Virus record (IMG/VR): IMGVR_UViG_2778261299_000011
Length of the DNA stretch: 42,122 nt
Reading direction: 5' to 3' (one strand)
DNA from: a virus
Lineage: Duplodnaviria > Heunggongvirae > Uroviricota > Caudoviricetes
How positions within the stretch are numbered: the first letter of the stretch is position 1; each line of letters opens with the position of its first letter. Under the pieces are notes generated by a model. That model was not told where the DNA came from, did not search any database, and saw nothing but the letters and a program-made list of their open reading frames with translations. A program made the position numbers and the translations under genes. This document shows positions 17,803 through 28,596 of this stretch, piece after piece.

Positions 17803-18351
17803 TCATTTGAAAAAAGAGTTGTCCGGATAGGTTTCAATAACGGTTATGTTTGAAAGACGCGAGGGGTTAACCGTGAACTCATTTTCACCAAGATAACGAC
17901 TGTGGGCATTGGGGCCAGCTAATATAGAACAGGCTGGAGCTTCAGCTCTTAACAGCAAACCTGGTGATTTGTATGCATTCAATCCACGACCAAACTTCTC
18001 GGCGACTGAAATGTCCGTTGTCCAGCAAAATCCAATGAGTCCTTTATCGAACCTGTCTTTATTTTCCCCCCGATAAAGTACAAGGCTGTCACCATCATAT
18101 GTTGGCAATAAGAGCGTTAATAGTTTGAGGAGAATTGAGTCGTCGTTGATCTTTTCACGTATAAAGGCCCCAGACTCAACCCATTGACTATGGAATGAAT
18201 TTTTCATGGCAATTGATACTGGCTTTGCGTTATCGATGCTTTTGATAAACTCAACCCATCTGTTCCGACTGTGAATGTAATCAAGAAATTTCCTCTCATC
18301 GGACACCTTCGATTGAGGGCGGTTATAAGCTGCGAAATCTTCTAACTTCAT
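17803..18351 (-). CDS. Orphan hypothetical protein (182 aa) on opposite strand between lysis and packaging modules
   Basis: Clean ORF from ATG at 18351 with GAGGAAATT SD; AT-richer than flanks; the 314-aa ORF-track version is an antisense read-through into terS and is rejected upstream of 18351. Confidence 0.6.
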   Translation of the reverse strand: MKLEDFAAYNRPQSKVSDERKFLDYIHSRNRWVEFIKSIDNAKPVSIAMKNSFHSQWVESGAFIREKINDDSILLKLLTLLLPTYDGDSLVLYRGENKDRFDKGLIGFCWTTDISVAEKFGRGLNAYKSPGLLLRAEAPACSILAGPNAHSRYLGENEFTVNPSRLSNITVIETYPDNSFFK

Positions 18352-18370
18352 AATTTCCTCAGGTATATCA

Positions 18371-18922
18371 ATGGCACTCACCGACAAGCAAGAAATGTTC
18401 TGTCGCGAGTACCTCATCGATTTAAACGCCACGCAAGCGGCTATTCGGGCGGGGTACAGCGCAAAGACAGCTAACCGTACCGCATCCGAAAACCTGTCAA
18501 AACCTGACATACAATTCAGAATCGCTGAACTGAAAGCGCAACGCAATGATCTTGTTGGTATTAATGCAGAATATGTACTTAATCGCCTTATTGAAATCGA
18601 CCAGATGGATGTGCTCGACATTCTCCTGCAAAACGGTGAGCTAAAGCCCATTAAAGACTGGCCTAAGGTATGGCGCACAACGCTATCAGGAATGGATGTC
18701 GTGGAGATGGTATCCGCAGATAGCGCCGCACTTCTGAAGAAAATCAAATGGCCTGATAAGGTTAAAAACCTTGAGTTGCTTGGGCGTCATGTTTCTGTTC
18801 AGGCGTTTAAAGACAACGTCAAAAATGAAGTGACTGGCGCTGATGGAGGACCAGTCAGAACAGAAATTACCAACTTAACGCCGGAGCAGGCTGCAGAGGC
18901 GTATAGAAAAATGATGGGCTAA
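18371..18922 (+). CDS. Terminase small subunit
   Basis: N-terminus [34 protein letters not shown] typical of small-terminase HTH domains; directly precedes large terminase. Confidence 0.8.
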   Translation: MALTDKQEMFCREYLIDLNATQAAIRAGYSAKTANRTASENLSKPDIQFRIAELKAQRNDLVGINAEYVLNRLIEIDQMDVLDILLQNGELKPIKDWPKVWRTTLSGMDVVEMVSADSAALLKKIKWPDKVKNLELLGRHVSVQAFKDNVKNEVTGADGGPVRTEITNLTPEQAAEAYRKMMG

Positions 18923-18924
18923 GT

Positions 18925-20547
18925 ATGCCGTTACCATTCCCCTTCGATTTTAAACATCCTGATTACCAGATGGTTTTTGAATGGCGGATGGAACGCCTAC
19001 AGCGCATTCGCCAGAATCCTGAAATATTGCCCGTATTGAAGCAGTTTTACCGAACCAATCCGGCTCAGTTCATCATCGACTGGGGCATGACAACGGACCC
19101 GCGTAATATTGATTATGGCCTGCCGGTGACCATTCCGTTTTTACTCTTCCCTAAGCAGGAGGAGTGGATCCACTGGATTATGGAACGCTGGGGCAATCGG
19201 GAGAATGGTATTACCGAAAAATCCCGTGAAATGGGGCTCAGTTGGACCGCGATCGGACTGGCCTGCTCGCTTTGTCTCTTCAACAAAGAAATGGTTATCG
19301 GTTTCGGCTCCCGTAAAGAGGAATACGTCGACAGCACTGGTGACCCGAAAGCATTGTTCTGGAAGGCACGCAAGTTCGTGGAAACGCTACCTGTAGAGTT
19401 TCGCGGTTCGTGGAGTGAGAAGAAGCACGCGCCATATATGCGTGTTGAGTTTCCTGAAACTGGTGCCGTTATCAAAGGCGAGGCTGGCGATAATATTGGT
19501 CGTGGTGACCGTACCACGCTTTATCTGGTTGATGAGGCTGCATTCCTTCAGCGTCCTCTGCTGATTGATGCGGCGTTGTCACAAACGACGCGTTGCCGTA
19601 TCGACCTGAGTTCAGTTAACGGCATGGCTAACCCGTTCGCTCAGAAGCGTCATGGCGGGAAGATACCGGTATTCACATTCCACTGGCGGGATGATCCTCG
19701 CAAGGATGAAGAGTGGTATCGCAGGGAATGCGAGAAAATCGATAATCCGGTGGTGGTGGCACAGGAACTTGATCTGAACTACAGCGCATCAGCGGAAGGC
19801 GTTCTGATTCCATCCGAATGGGTACAGGCTGCCGTTGATGCGCATATCAAACTGGGTATCCAGCCAACAGGCAAACGACTTGGCGCGATGGATGTCGCCG
19901 ACGAAGGCAGGGACAAAAATGCCTTTTCCACCCGTCATGGCTTCCTCCTGGAAAATGTGCGGGAATGGTCCGGTGTGGGCAGCGACATTTATCAGTCCGT
20001 CGAGAAGGTTTTCGGCTTTTGCGAACAGGACAACCTCGAAGAGTTTCGCTTTGACGAGGACGGGCTGGGCGCTGGCGTTCGCGGCGATGCACGCGCTATC
20101 AACGAACTGCGTAACGCTGCGCGTCGACCGTCAATACTTGCCACACCGTTTCGAGGTAGTGGCGCGGTATTTGATCCGGATGATGAAGCTGTTCGCGGGG
20201 ACAACGGGCAAGCCGCACGTCTGAACAAGGACTTCTTCGCTAACGCCAAAGCCCAGAGCTGGTGGCGGTTACGTAAACTTTTTCAGAATACCTGGCGCGC
20301 CGTGGTTGAAGGTATGGCTTACAACCCGGACGAAATCATCTCAATCAGCAGTAGCATGGCACTCAAAGATAAACTCATCATCGAGCTTTCGCAGCCGACC
20401 TATTCCATTAATGGTGTGGGAAAAATCGTTATTGATAAACAGCCTGATGGAACCCGATCGCCAAACCTTGCCGACTCGGTGATGATCAACTATGCCCCAA
20501 TGAATTCAGCCCTGAACATCTGGGAACTGCTAGGGAGACAGGCCTGA
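18925..20547 (+). CDS. Terminase large subunit (ATPase/nuclease)
   Basis: 540 aa; Walker-B-like [10 protein letters not shown]; position between TerS and portal. Confidence 0.85.
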   Translation: MPLPFPFDFKHPDYQMVFEWRMERLQRIRQNPEILPVLKQFYRTNPAQFIIDWGMTTDPRNIDYGLPVTIPFLLFPKQEEWIHWIMERWGNRENGITEKSREMGLSWTAIGLACSLCLFNKEMVIGFGSRKEEYVDSTGDPKALFWKARKFVETLPVEFRGSWSEKKHAPYMRVEFPETGAVIKGEAGDNIGRGDRTTLYLVDEAAFLQRPLLIDAALSQTTRCRIDLSSVNGMANPFAQKRHGGKIPVFTFHWRDDPRKDEEWYRRECEKIDNPVVVAQELDLNYSASAEGVLIPSEWVQAAVDAHIKLGIQPTGKRLGAMDVADEGRDKNAFSTRHGFLLENVREWSGVGSDIYQSVEKVFGFCEQDNLEEFRFDEDGLGAGVRGDARAINELRNAARRPSILATPFRGSGAVFDPDDEAVRGDNGQAARLNKDFFANAKAQSWWRLRKLFQNTWRAVVEGMAYNPDEIISISSSMALKDKLIIELSQPTYSINGVGKIVIDKQPDGTRSPNLADSVMINYAPMNSALNIWELLGRQA

Positions 20548-22016
20548 TGGCACGAAACAAACAAGCCCTGCGGCGAACTGCGCAGGCCACAGCTGATGGT
20601 TATGAGAATTTTATTGCCCGCGTAGGGATACAGACGCCTAACCAGCACTCAGCATCGACCTACCGGGCTAACTTCACCAGCCGCAACCGCATGCTGGTGG
20701 AATGGTCCTATCGTTCGTCCTGGATCATCGGCGAAGCGGTCGACGCTATCCCGGACGATATGACCCGGAAAGGCATTCGCATCACTTCGGAGATTGACGC
20801 CAAAGACCGTGGCACCCTGGAAGCGCAGCTGGATGAGTTGCAGATCTGGGATGCGCTGAACGACGTGCTGAAATGGTCGCGCCTCTACGGCGGCGCGGTC
20901 GGCTTCATCATGATCGAGGGGCAGGCACCAATGACCCCGCTGCGGCTCGAAACCATTGGAGAAGGCAAGTTTAAGGGCATTCTCCCGCTCGACCGCTGGA
21001 TGATTAACCCGGTCCTGACCCGCCGCATTAAAGAGATGGGGCCGGATCTCGGCAAACCTGAGTTTTACGACGTGGTGACCACTGCCACGGGCATTCCAGC
21101 CTGGCGCATCCATCACAGCCGCCTGATTCGCTTCGACGGGGTGACGCTGCCATTCCAGCAGAAGATGACCGAAAACGAATGGGGAATGTCGGTTGTAGAG
21201 CGTATCTGGGATCGGCTTACTGCGTTCGACAGCGCCACTGTCGGCGCGGCGCAGCTGGTCTACAAAGCGCATTTGCGTACCTACAGCGTGGAGAAGCTAC
21301 GCGAGCTTATCGCACTTGGTGGTCCTGCGTATGAAGCGTTGCTGAAGAATATCGACCTGATTCGACAGTTCCAGAGCAATGAAGGCATGACGCTCATGGA
21401 CTCGCGGGATAAGTTTGAAACGCATCAGTACAGCTTCAGTGGTCTGGATGACATCCTATCGCAGTTTGCAGAACAGATTAGTGGCGCTGTTGGTATTCCA
21501 CTGGTGCGGTTGTTCGGACAGTCCCCGAAAGGATTTTCTACCGGTGATGCAGATCTTGCCAACTATTACGACCGGGTGAGCTCATTGCAGGAGCGCCGCT
21601 TACGGCTGCCGATGCGCCGGATACTGGACATTATGCACCGCTCGGAACTCGGTAAGCCACTGCCGGACGATTTCACGTTTGAGTTTAACCCGCTATGGCA
21701 AATGTCTGACGTTGACCGCTCAACGGTGGCCGTAAATACCACCAACGCGATCAGCACCGCGCTGGGCGACGGATTGATGACGCGTAAGGCGGCAATGACC
21801 GACCTGCGCGAAAACTCTGACGTCACCGGCATCGGGGCATCCATTACCGACGAGGACATAGAGAATGCCGAAGACGAAGCGCCGCCAGGCATCGGCGAAC
21901 TTGGCGACAACCCGCCAGAGTCGCCAGGCGGAGATCCGATATCGAACGAGCCTACGGCAGATAGCGCGGGCGGTCGGGGATATCGTAAATGGGCGCTACG
22001 ATGGTTCAAACGATAG
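20547..22016 (+). CDS. Portal protein
   Basis: 489-aa ORF after TerL with ATGA-type overlap; acidic low-complexity C-terminal tail. Confidence 0.8.
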   Translation: MARNKQALRRTAQATADGYENFIARVGIQTPNQHSASTYRANFTSRNRMLVEWSYRSSWIIGEAVDAIPDDMTRKGIRITSEIDAKDRGTLEAQLDELQIWDALNDVLKWSRLYGGAVGFIMIEGQAPMTPLRLETIGEGKFKGILPLDRWMINPVLTRRIKEMGPDLGKPEFYDVVTTATGIPAWRIHHSRLIRFDGVTLPFQQKMTENEWGMSVVERIWDRLTAFDSATVGAAQLVYKAHLRTYSVEKLRELIALGGPAYEALLKNIDLIRQFQSNEGMTLMDSRDKFETHQYSFSGLDDILSQFAEQISGAVGIPLVRLFGQSPKGFSTGDADLANYYDRVSSLQERRLRLPMRRILDIMHRSELGKPLPDDFTFEFNPLWQMSDVDRSTVAVNTTNAISTALGDGLMTRKAAMTDLRENSDVTGIGASITDEDIENAEDEAPPGIGELGDNPPESPGGDPISNEPTADSAGGRGYRKWALRWFKR

Positions 22017-22638
22017 CGTCACCGAAATCATGGATGCGCTGGAGCGCTACAGCGAAATCATCACCCCCTGGGCGACGAAGGTTGCTGAGAACTTTACCGC
22101 CGACATTGCGCGCCAGAATGAAAAGCAGTGGCGTCAGCACAGCCGGAACATCAGTGCAGAGCTGCGCAACATGGTTGACCGCGCCCCGGTAGGCCAGGTG
22201 ATGAAATCCATCGTTGCCGAGCAGATTAAGTACATCAAATCGCTACCTCTTGAGGCCGCCGATCGGGTGTATGACATTCAGAACAAAGCCATCGAGGCCG
22301 TTGTGACTGGTGGCCGCGCTGAGCCATTCGCGAAAGAGATAGCTGCGTCCGGTGACGTGTCACGCTCACGAGCGAACCTTATCGCCCGTACCGAGCTTGG
22401 ACGCGCAACCGGCGCGCTCGATCAGGCGCGTGCGCTGTCAATCGGCTCGAATGGTTATATCTGGCGTACAGCCGAAGATGGCGACGTCCGGCATTCTCAT
22501 CGGGAGATGGAAGGTAAGTTTGTCGAATGGGGCCGACCTCCAACGCTTGACGGTATGACCGGTCACGCTGGTGAGCTGCCGAACTGCCGCTGTTACAAAG
22601 AAATCGTCTTCCCCAACCCTCATTCTTATCTCGCCTGA
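21865..22638 (+). CDS. Head morphogenesis protein (Mu F / SPP1 gp7-like); alternative start at 22030
   Basis: C-terminal region ...GYIWRTAEDGDVRHSHREMEGKFVEWG...NCRCY resembles Mu-F-type minor head proteins; the long form overlaps portal by 152 nt. Confidence 0.7.
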   Translation: MPKTKRRQASANLATTRQSRQAEIRYRTSLRQIARAVGDIVNGRYDGSNDSVTEIMDALERYSEIITPWATKVAENFTADIARQNEKQWRQHSRNISAELRNMVDRAPVGQVMKSIVAEQIKYIKSLPLEAADRVYDIQNKAIEAVVTGGRAEPFAKEIAASGDVSRSRANLIARTELGRATGALDQARALSIGSNGYIWRTAEDGDVRHSHREMEGKFVEWGRPPTLDGMTGHAGELPNCRCYKEIVFPNPHSYLA

Positions 22639-22652
22639 ATCGCAGGTAAACC

Positions 22653-23873
22653 ATGAAATATTTTTTCAATACCCGGCTGGGGGAAACCCGCTATCAGCTG
22701 GCTGACGGCTCGCTGCTGTGCAAAGACGTGCCGATAGGTCGAACGGGTAAGCAGCTCTACGGCGCTGCCGATCTGCCAAACCTCAAACCCGACAAGCTCG
22801 GTGAGATAGTCGTAACGCGTTCTCCTGAGCAGGTATTCCATCCGGCCACGCTCGCCTCATTCGAAGGGATGAGCATCACGATCCTGCATCCTGAAGATGA
22901 AAACGGGAATGTGCGGCTGGTAAATCCCGAGAACTGGAAAGAGCTTGCTGTCGGGCATCTTCAGAATGTGCGGCGCGGGACGGGTGAGCTGTCTGATTTG
23001 ATGCTGGCTGACCTTATCGTCAAAGACGAAAGCGCCATTCAGCTTATCGAAGATGGCCTGCGTGAAGTGTCGTGTGGCTATGACGCGGAGTACGAGCAGA
23101 CCGAGCCAGGTAAAGCCGAGCAGGTCGATATTACCGGAAACCATGTGGCTCTTGTCCCTAAAGGCAGAGCCGGAAATCGTTGTGCAATTGGAGACAGAGA
23201 CACAATGGCAAATCAAAAGAAAAGCTGGTGGACCCGCATGCGCACGGCCATCAAAACGGGTGACGCTGATACCATGAACGAACTGGTGGAGTCGGCTCCC
23301 GCATCGGTTACAGGAGATGAGGGGGATTTGCCGCAGGGCGTTAATCTCAACATCAACCTGTCCCCGCAGCAACCGCTACCGGACAAAGCACCAGAGATGG
23401 GCGGAGGTCCAACCGGCGACAGTGATGATGACCTCAAAACATTACTGAAAGCCCTGCTGGCTAAGCTGGAAGGAAATACCACGGGCGATAACGATAATAA
23501 ACCTGACGCTAATCCGACCGGTGACGGCGAGGACGATGAAGAGGAAACCACGATTACTGGTGACTCAGCCTGGCGTGCCGAAGTTATCGTTCCGGGTATC
23601 GATCTGAGCCGTAAGATGAAACCGACCGCGTTCAAACGCGAGGTTCTGGCTTCCGCTGACAAAACGCTGGTTCGCCAGATAGTCGGTGATGCGGATATCC
23701 GCAAATTACCGAAACAATCGGTCGACATGGCGTTTAATGCCGTGTCTGAGATTGCCAAAGGGCAAAACACCCGCGCCACCACCGGCGATGCACAGCGCCC
23801 AAACATGGGCATGACCAGTATCGCTTCCCTGAACAAACAAAACGCTGAATTCTGGGCAAACCGTAAAGGGTAA
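22653..23873 (+). CDS. Putative prohead protease / scaffolding protein
   Basis: 406 aa; position after head morphogenesis gene; acidic repetitive middle region (TGDSDDD, TGDNDNK, TGDGEDDEEE) typical of scaffolds. Confidence 0.5.
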   Translation: MKYFFNTRLGETRYQLADGSLLCKDVPIGRTGKQLYGAADLPNLKPDKLGEIVVTRSPEQVFHPATLASFEGMSITILHPEDENGNVRLVNPENWKELAVGHLQNVRRGTGELSDLMLADLIVKDESAIQLIEDGLREVSCGYDAEYEQTEPGKAEQVDITGNHVALVPKGRAGNRCAIGDRDTMANQKKSWWTRMRTAIKTGDADTMNELVESAPASVTGDEGDLPQGVNLNINLSPQQPLPDKAPEMGGGPTGDSDDDLKTLLKALLAKLEGNTTGDNDNKPDANPTGDGEDDEEETTITGDSAWRAEVIVPGIDLSRKMKPTAFKREVLASADKTLVRQIVGDADIRKLPKQSVDMAFNAVSEIAKGQNTRATTGDAQRPNMGMTSIASLNKQNAEFWANRKG

Positions 23874-23876
23874 AAA

Positions 23877-24383
23877 ATGAATAATGTATTTCTGTACCGG
23901 ATGCCTGTTGGCATTGCCGGGGCTGTTTCTCGCCCGCAGGACTTAACCGTCGAACCGGTGGTCCTTAAATCCGATAACGCCTTTGCTGCCTATGGCCTGG
24001 CTGGTAAATACGATGATGACGGTTTTTTCGTGCCGCTGGCAGATGGTGATACCGCAGACAAGGTGAAGGGGATCTACGTGCGCCCTTATCCGACCACTTC
24101 GCAGCCGGACATGGTTCGCCAGGTGGGGAGTGGCAAGAACTTCCCGGGCGACGCCATGAAGCGTGGCTACGTGACCGTTAATCTCGGTTCTGATTTTGAT
24201 GCCAGCACCATCAAAAAAGGCGACCCGGTATACGTTGTCGTCTCCACTGATGAATCCATCAAAGTGCCGCTGGGTGGATTCATGTCCACGTCAGTCAGTG
24301 GCAAAAACGTGGTGCTGACCAACGCTGAATTCACAGGTGCCGGTGATGCTAACGGCAATGCAGAAATTTCCTGGAAGATTTAA
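23877..24383 (+). CDS. Hypothetical head protein (168 aa)
   Basis: ORF between scaffold-like gene and major capsid gene. Confidence 0.45.
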   Translation: MNNVFLYRMPVGIAGAVSRPQDLTVEPVVLKSDNAFAAYGLAGKYDDDGFFVPLADGDTADKVKGIYVRPYPTTSQPDMVRQVGSGKNFPGDAMKRGYVTVNLGSDFDASTIKKGDPVYVVVSTDESIKVPLGGFMSTSVSGKNVVLTNAEFTGAGDANGNAEISWKI

Positions 24384-24394
24384 GGAACAGACGA

Positions 24395-25336
24395 ATGATT
24401 ACTTTTGATCAGGCAACCGTTGACAGCTCTGGTGCCTTTCTCATCGGGGAGCTGGAGCGACTCGACCAGACGCTGAACCTGCCACTGGTGGGGTACACCT
24501 GGACCCGCGATATTCAGTTGCGTGAAGATGTCTCTATCGCAGATGACATTTCCAGCTGGACGAATACCAGCTTCGCCGCTGCGGGTACTGGTGCAAATCC
24601 GAATGGCAAAAACTGGGTAGGCAAAGACTCAACCGCTATTGCTGGCGTAAACGTGGATATCGGCAAATCCGGTAACCCGCTGAACCTGTGGGGGATGGAA
24701 CTTGGCTGGACGGTCATAGAATTGCAGGCTGCTCAGCAGGTCGGACGCCCGATCGATACGCAGAAGTATGACGGGATGCAACTGAAATGGCAGATGGATA
24801 ACGATGAACAGGTGTATGTTGGCGATTCCGCATTAAACCTGAAAGGCCTTGTTACCCTGAACGGCGTGCCTGTCAACAACGCTGCCAAAACGTGGGCAAC
24901 CTCAACACCGGACGAAATCCGCGCAAGCATTAACCAGGTGCTGTCTGATGCGTGGGCCGCTTCCGGTTACTCTGTGGTTCCGCGTGATTTGCTGATCCCG
25001 CCTGAGCAGTTTGCTCTGTTGTCCAGCATCATCGTTTCATCTGCGGGTAACCAGTCCCTGTTGACGTACCTTCAGACCAACACCATCAGCTATCACCAGA
25101 ACGGTGTTCCGCTGAATATCCGCGCGGTTAAATGGCTGAAAGGCCGTGGTGTGGGGAATAAGGATCGCATGGTTGCGTACACCAACGATAAAAAATACGT
25201 CCGCTACCCGCTGGTTCCGCTTCAGAGCGTGCCGGTGCAGTATCGCGGTCTGTATCAGATCGTCACTTACTACGGCAAGCTGGGTGCAGTCGAGCCAGTG
25301 TACAAAGAAACCATTTCGTACGTTGATGGCATTTAA
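24395..25336 (+). CDS. Putative major capsid protein
   Basis: 313-aa ORF in canonical capsid position; no motif-level confirmation. Confidence 0.6.
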   Translation: MITFDQATVDSSGAFLIGELERLDQTLNLPLVGYTWTRDIQLREDVSIADDISSWTNTSFAAAGTGANPNGKNWVGKDSTAIAGVNVDIGKSGNPLNLWGMELGWTVIELQAAQQVGRPIDTQKYDGMQLKWQMDNDEQVYVGDSALNLKGLVTLNGVPVNNAAKTWATSTPDEIRASINQVLSDAWAASGYSVVPRDLLIPPEQFALLSSIIVSSAGNQSLLTYLQTNTISYHQNGVPLNIRAVKWLKGRGVGNKDRMVAYTNDKKYVRYPLVPLQSVPVQYRGLYQIVTYYGKLGAVEPVYKETISYVDGI

Positions 25337-25377
25337 CAGCCATATGGCCCCCTGGCGGGGCCATTAAGGATGACCCG

Positions 25378-25599
25378 ATGGCAAAAAATAATGCAGTAAT
25401 ACACGTACATACCCCGTTTGTGCTCACGCTTCCCGACGGTTCGCGGCGCGAGTTTGTTAAAGGCCGTCATGCTGTGGAGGAAGACGTTGCCACGCACTGG
25501 TTCACTCGTGCGCACGCGGAAGTATCCGTTGGCAAAGCCACAGACGCGCGTAACGAGGTAAAAAATGCCAAAGAATCAAAGTCTGCCAGCGGTAAGTGA
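25378..25599 (+). CDS. Hypothetical small protein (73 aa)
   Basis: ORF after capsid gene. Confidence 0.4.
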   Translation: MAKNNAVIHVHTPFVLTLPDGSRREFVKGRHAVEEDVATHWFTRAHAEVSVGKATDARNEVKNAKESKSASGK

Positions 25600-25972
25600 T
25601 TTTCGCCGCGACTTCCCGCAGTTTGCTGACCCTGCCAAATATCCCGAAGCGCAAATCCAGTTTCGTCTGAATCTGGCCGATGAACTGCTGAGCGAAAACG
25701 TCACCGGAAAAAAGTTGTTTCCGTACTTTGCCGGGTTGTTCGTTGCGCACTACATGACGCTCTGGGCGGCAGACAGCCGGGCGATGCTGGCTGGTGGTCC
25801 GGGCGGTTCAACCAATGGTGTTCAGTCCTCAAAGTCCGTGGATAAGGTAAGCGTCAGTTATGACACCAGCGCGACGCTGAATCCTGATGCAGGTTTCTGG
25901 AATAACACCCGATATGGCGCTGAATTTTATCAGTTGATCACGATGTTCGGTGCAGGCGGTCGCCAGCTATGA
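25565..25972 (+). CDS. Hypothetical head-tail connector/completion protein
   Basis: 135-aa ORF with GAGGT SD; position between head and tail modules. Confidence 0.45.
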   Translation: MPKNQSLPAVSDFRRDFPQFADPAKYPEAQIQFRLNLADELLSENVTGKKLFPYFAGLFVAHYMTLWAADSRAMLAGGPGGSTNGVQSSKSVDKVSVSYDTSATLNPDAGFWNNTRYGAEFYQLITMFGAGGRQL

Positions 25973-26523
25973 GTTTCAAAAGCGGTGTAACAACGAGGGT
26001 GGATAACGCTCAGGCCATTCTGGATGCGCTCAGGTCGTTAACCAAAAAAGATGTGCTGGTCGGCATCCCTTCGGAAGACAGCGAGCGGGATGATGTTCCG
26101 TTTGGTAATGCGGGCATCGGTTACCTCAACGAATACGGCTCACCGGCGCAAAACATCCCGCCACGACCTCACCTGGTCCCCGGCGTTAAATCGGTAGAAG
26201 AACAGACAGTGCCGCAGCTCAAAGCAGCGGCGCAGGCTGCGCTTGATGGTAATGCGGCGGGTGCGGAAAGAGCGCTCAACCGTGCCGGAACGCTGGCCGC
26301 TAATGGCGTCAGGCGTTACATGACCATTACCGGCTTTACGCCGCTTGCTGACAGTACTGTTGAAGCCCGGGCTCGTCGGGGGCGCAAGGGGGCAACACTG
26401 GAACTTACCCGGCGTGCTGCTGGCGAATCCCCGGGAACCGAACTGGCGAAACCATTAATTGACACCGGGCAATATCGCAGAGCGATTACCCATGTAGTGA
26501 GGGATAAAGATGCCGACTCTTGA
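25969..26523 (+). CDS. Hypothetical virion structural protein (184 aa)
   Basis: ORF coupled to neighbours in the head-tail joining region. Confidence 0.45.
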   Translation: MSFKSGVTTRVDNAQAILDALRSLTKKDVLVGIPSEDSERDDVPFGNAGIGYLNEYGSPAQNIPPRPHLVPGVKSVEEQTVPQLKAAAQAALDGNAAGAERALNRAGTLAANGVRRYMTITGFTPLADSTVEARARRGRKGATLELTRRAAGESPGTELAKPLIDTGQYRRAITHVVRDKDADS

Positions 26524-26899
26524 TGTAACAGATGTGCTTTTTGACCCCGATTTTTGCGACTTCAATTTGTGGGTAACACGCCGAGTGCAAACGGTTGATG
26601 AGGACGGGATCGGCAGCGACAGTGAAGTTAAAAAGCAGTTTGCCGGAGTCGTAACTGTTGATCGCTCTCTGGAAAACCGCCGTATGCAGGCAGGGCAGGT
26701 AATCAGCGGTGCAATTCTGATTGTGACGACTGAGCGACTGACGCAGGGACAGACTGGCCGTGATGCCGATATCGTGACGTATCAGGGTCGTGATTATCGT
26801 GTGACCTTCGTCGACCCGTATACAGCTTATGGGGCCGGATTCGTTCAGGCGCATTGTGAGTTGATGCCGTTTGATGGGGGAACTCCGGTTGAGCAATAA
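26510..26899 (+). CDS. Hypothetical head-tail adaptor-like protein (129 aa)
   Basis: ORF in the structural operon. Confidence 0.45.
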   Translation: MPTLDVTDVLFDPDFCDFNLWVTRRVQTVDEDGIGSDSEVKKQFAGVVTVDRSLENRRMQAGQVISGAILIVTTERLTQGQTGRDADIVTYQGRDYRVTFVDPYTAYGAGFVQAHCELMPFDGGTPVEQ

Positions 26900-27437
26900 C
26901 ACCAGTACAGAGCGCGGATGGTTAATACCAACCAGTGGCGATCCGGATTATGACGAAGCGCTCGACAGGCTGTTAAGCCAGTGGATGCGTAACGTTTCCG
27001 GCCTGTCTGCCGGGATGGTTCGCCCGCGCTGGCAGAAAGAGCAGCCGCCACTGCTACCGGTTGAAACGAACTGGTGTGCGTTTGGGGTTATCGGATGGTC
27101 AGGTGATGACAGTCCGGCATTCACCAGACAGACCGATAATGGCTCTCAGCTCTGGCGGCATGAAACGATTGAGTGTATGGCTTCGTTTTATGGACCGGCG
27201 GGGATGGTGTATGCGTCCCGGTTTCGTGACGGTATATCTGTGCCGCAGAACAATGCAGCACTGAATGCGCTGGGGCTGTCTCTTGGTGATTACACAGGTC
27301 TGACTCCCTTCCCTGAACTTATTAATCAGCAATGGGTCCGCCGCTACGATATGACGGTGCGTCTGCGCCGGAAGGTTGTGCGCGAGTACGGTATTAAATC
27401 GCTGGTGGAAGCACCAGTCATCTTTTTCGGAGATTAA
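26871..27437 (+). CDS. Hypothetical tail completion-like protein (188 aa)
   Basis: ORF immediately upstream of sheath gene. Confidence 0.45.
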   Translation: MMGELRLSNNTSTERGWLIPTSGDPDYDEALDRLLSQWMRNVSGLSAGMVRPRWQKEQPPLLPVETNWCAFGVIGWSGDDSPAFTRQTDNGSQLWRHETIECMASFYGPAGMVYASRFRDGISVPQNNAALNALGLSLGDYTGLTPFPELINQQWVRRYDMTVRLRRKVVREYGIKSLVEAPVIFFGD

Positions 27438-27440
27438 GCT

Positions 27441-28586
27441 ATGGCACAGGGCTTGCCTGTATCAAACGTTGTTAATGTTGATGTGATCATGTCGCCGCGT
27501 GCAGCATCAGGGCGAAATTTTGGTGCATTACTCATTCTCGGCCCGTCCACAATAATTCCGGTAAGTGAGCGCATTCGCCGTTATTCTGCCGCGGAAGATA
27601 TTGGAAAAGATTTTGGCGTGGAATCACCAGAATATAAGGCTGCGCAGGTGTTTTTCTCACAATCACCGAAACCTCAGGAGGTTTTTGTTGGTCGTTGGGT
27701 GAAAACGAAGGGAGACAGCGAACAGGCCACGCCTGAGACGCTGGAGCAGGCTGTGAATGCCATGCTCGATTATACTTCATGGTATGGGCTGGGGATTGCA
27801 GACGATGAAGATATTCCGGATGCAGACTGGCTGAAAGTGGCTGCGGCGATCGAATCCTCTTCTGTAAGCCGTATTCTGGCGATTACGACAAGCGATGAGA
27901 AATGCCTGCAGACTGCATCCAGCGATGATTTGGCATCAAAACTGAAAACCGCCGGATATTCACGCAGTTTTATTCAATATTCATCGGGTAATAAATACGC
28001 TGCGTTATCTGCATTTGGCCGGGCATTCACGGTTAATTTCAATGGCAGTAATACCGCGATTACGCTCAAGTTTAAGCAGGAGCCGGGTGTCGGGTATGAA
28101 ACACTGACAGTCAGCCAGGCATCGGCACTTGATGCAAAAAACTGCAATGTGTTCGTGTACTACCAGAATGATACAGCTATCCTCCAGCAGGGAGTGATGG
28201 CTAACGGCGATTTCTTTGATGAACGCCACGGCCTGGACTGGTTACAGAATTATGTGCAGACCAACCTCTATAACCTGCTTTATACCAGCACCACGAAAGT
28301 TCCCCAGACTGAAGCCGGTATTACCCGACTGTTATCAAATGTTGAAAAATCACTGGATCAGGCCGTTCAGAATGGACTGATTGCTCCGGGCGTATGGAAC
28401 GGGGGCGACCTTGGCCAGTTGTCATCAGGTGACACGCTGCCCAAAGGTTATTACGTATACGCCCAGCCGCTGGATGAACAGGCACAATCAGAACGTGAAG
28501 CCCGTAAGGCTCCGGTGATTCAGGCTGCAATAAAACTTGCAGGCGCGGTTCATTACGCTGACGTACAGATTAACGTTGTTCGCTAA
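27441..28586 (+). CDS. Putative contractile tail sheath protein
   Basis: 381 aa; precedes tube, chaperone and tape measure in the myovirus order. Confidence 0.65.
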   Translation: MAQGLPVSNVVNVDVIMSPRAASGRNFGALLILGPSTIIPVSERIRRYSAAEDIGKDFGVESPEYKAAQVFFSQSPKPQEVFVGRWVKTKGDSEQATPETLEQAVNAMLDYTSWYGLGIADDEDIPDADWLKVAAAIESSSVSRILAITTSDEKCLQTASSDDLASKLKTAGYSRSFIQYSSGNKYAALSAFGRAFTVNFNGSNTAITLKFKQEPGVGYETLTVSQASALDAKNCNVFVYYQNDTAILQQGVMANGDFFDERHGLDWLQNYVQTNLYNLLYTSTTKVPQTEAGITRLLSNVEKSLDQAVQNGLIAPGVWNGGDLGQLSSGDTLPKGYYVYAQPLDEQAQSEREARKAPVIQAAIKLAGAVHYADVQINVVR

Positions 28587-28596
28587 GGGGAAGTGA

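Noticed and set aside
18352-18747. N-terminal 130 codons of the 314-aa minus-strand ORF (17803..18747) in the ORF track
   Set aside because: This part lies antisense to the well-supported terminase small subunit gene; the real gene starts at the ATG at 18351, which has a good SD.
20649-21272. 207-aa minus-strand ORF
   Set aside because: Fully antisense to the portal gene in GC-rich sequence; Arg/Ala/Pro-rich composition typical of a spurious antisense frame.
23213-23914. 233-aa minus-strand ORF
   Set aside because: Antisense to the scaffold-like gene; Ser/Pro-rich product mirrors the acidic repeats of the sense strand.
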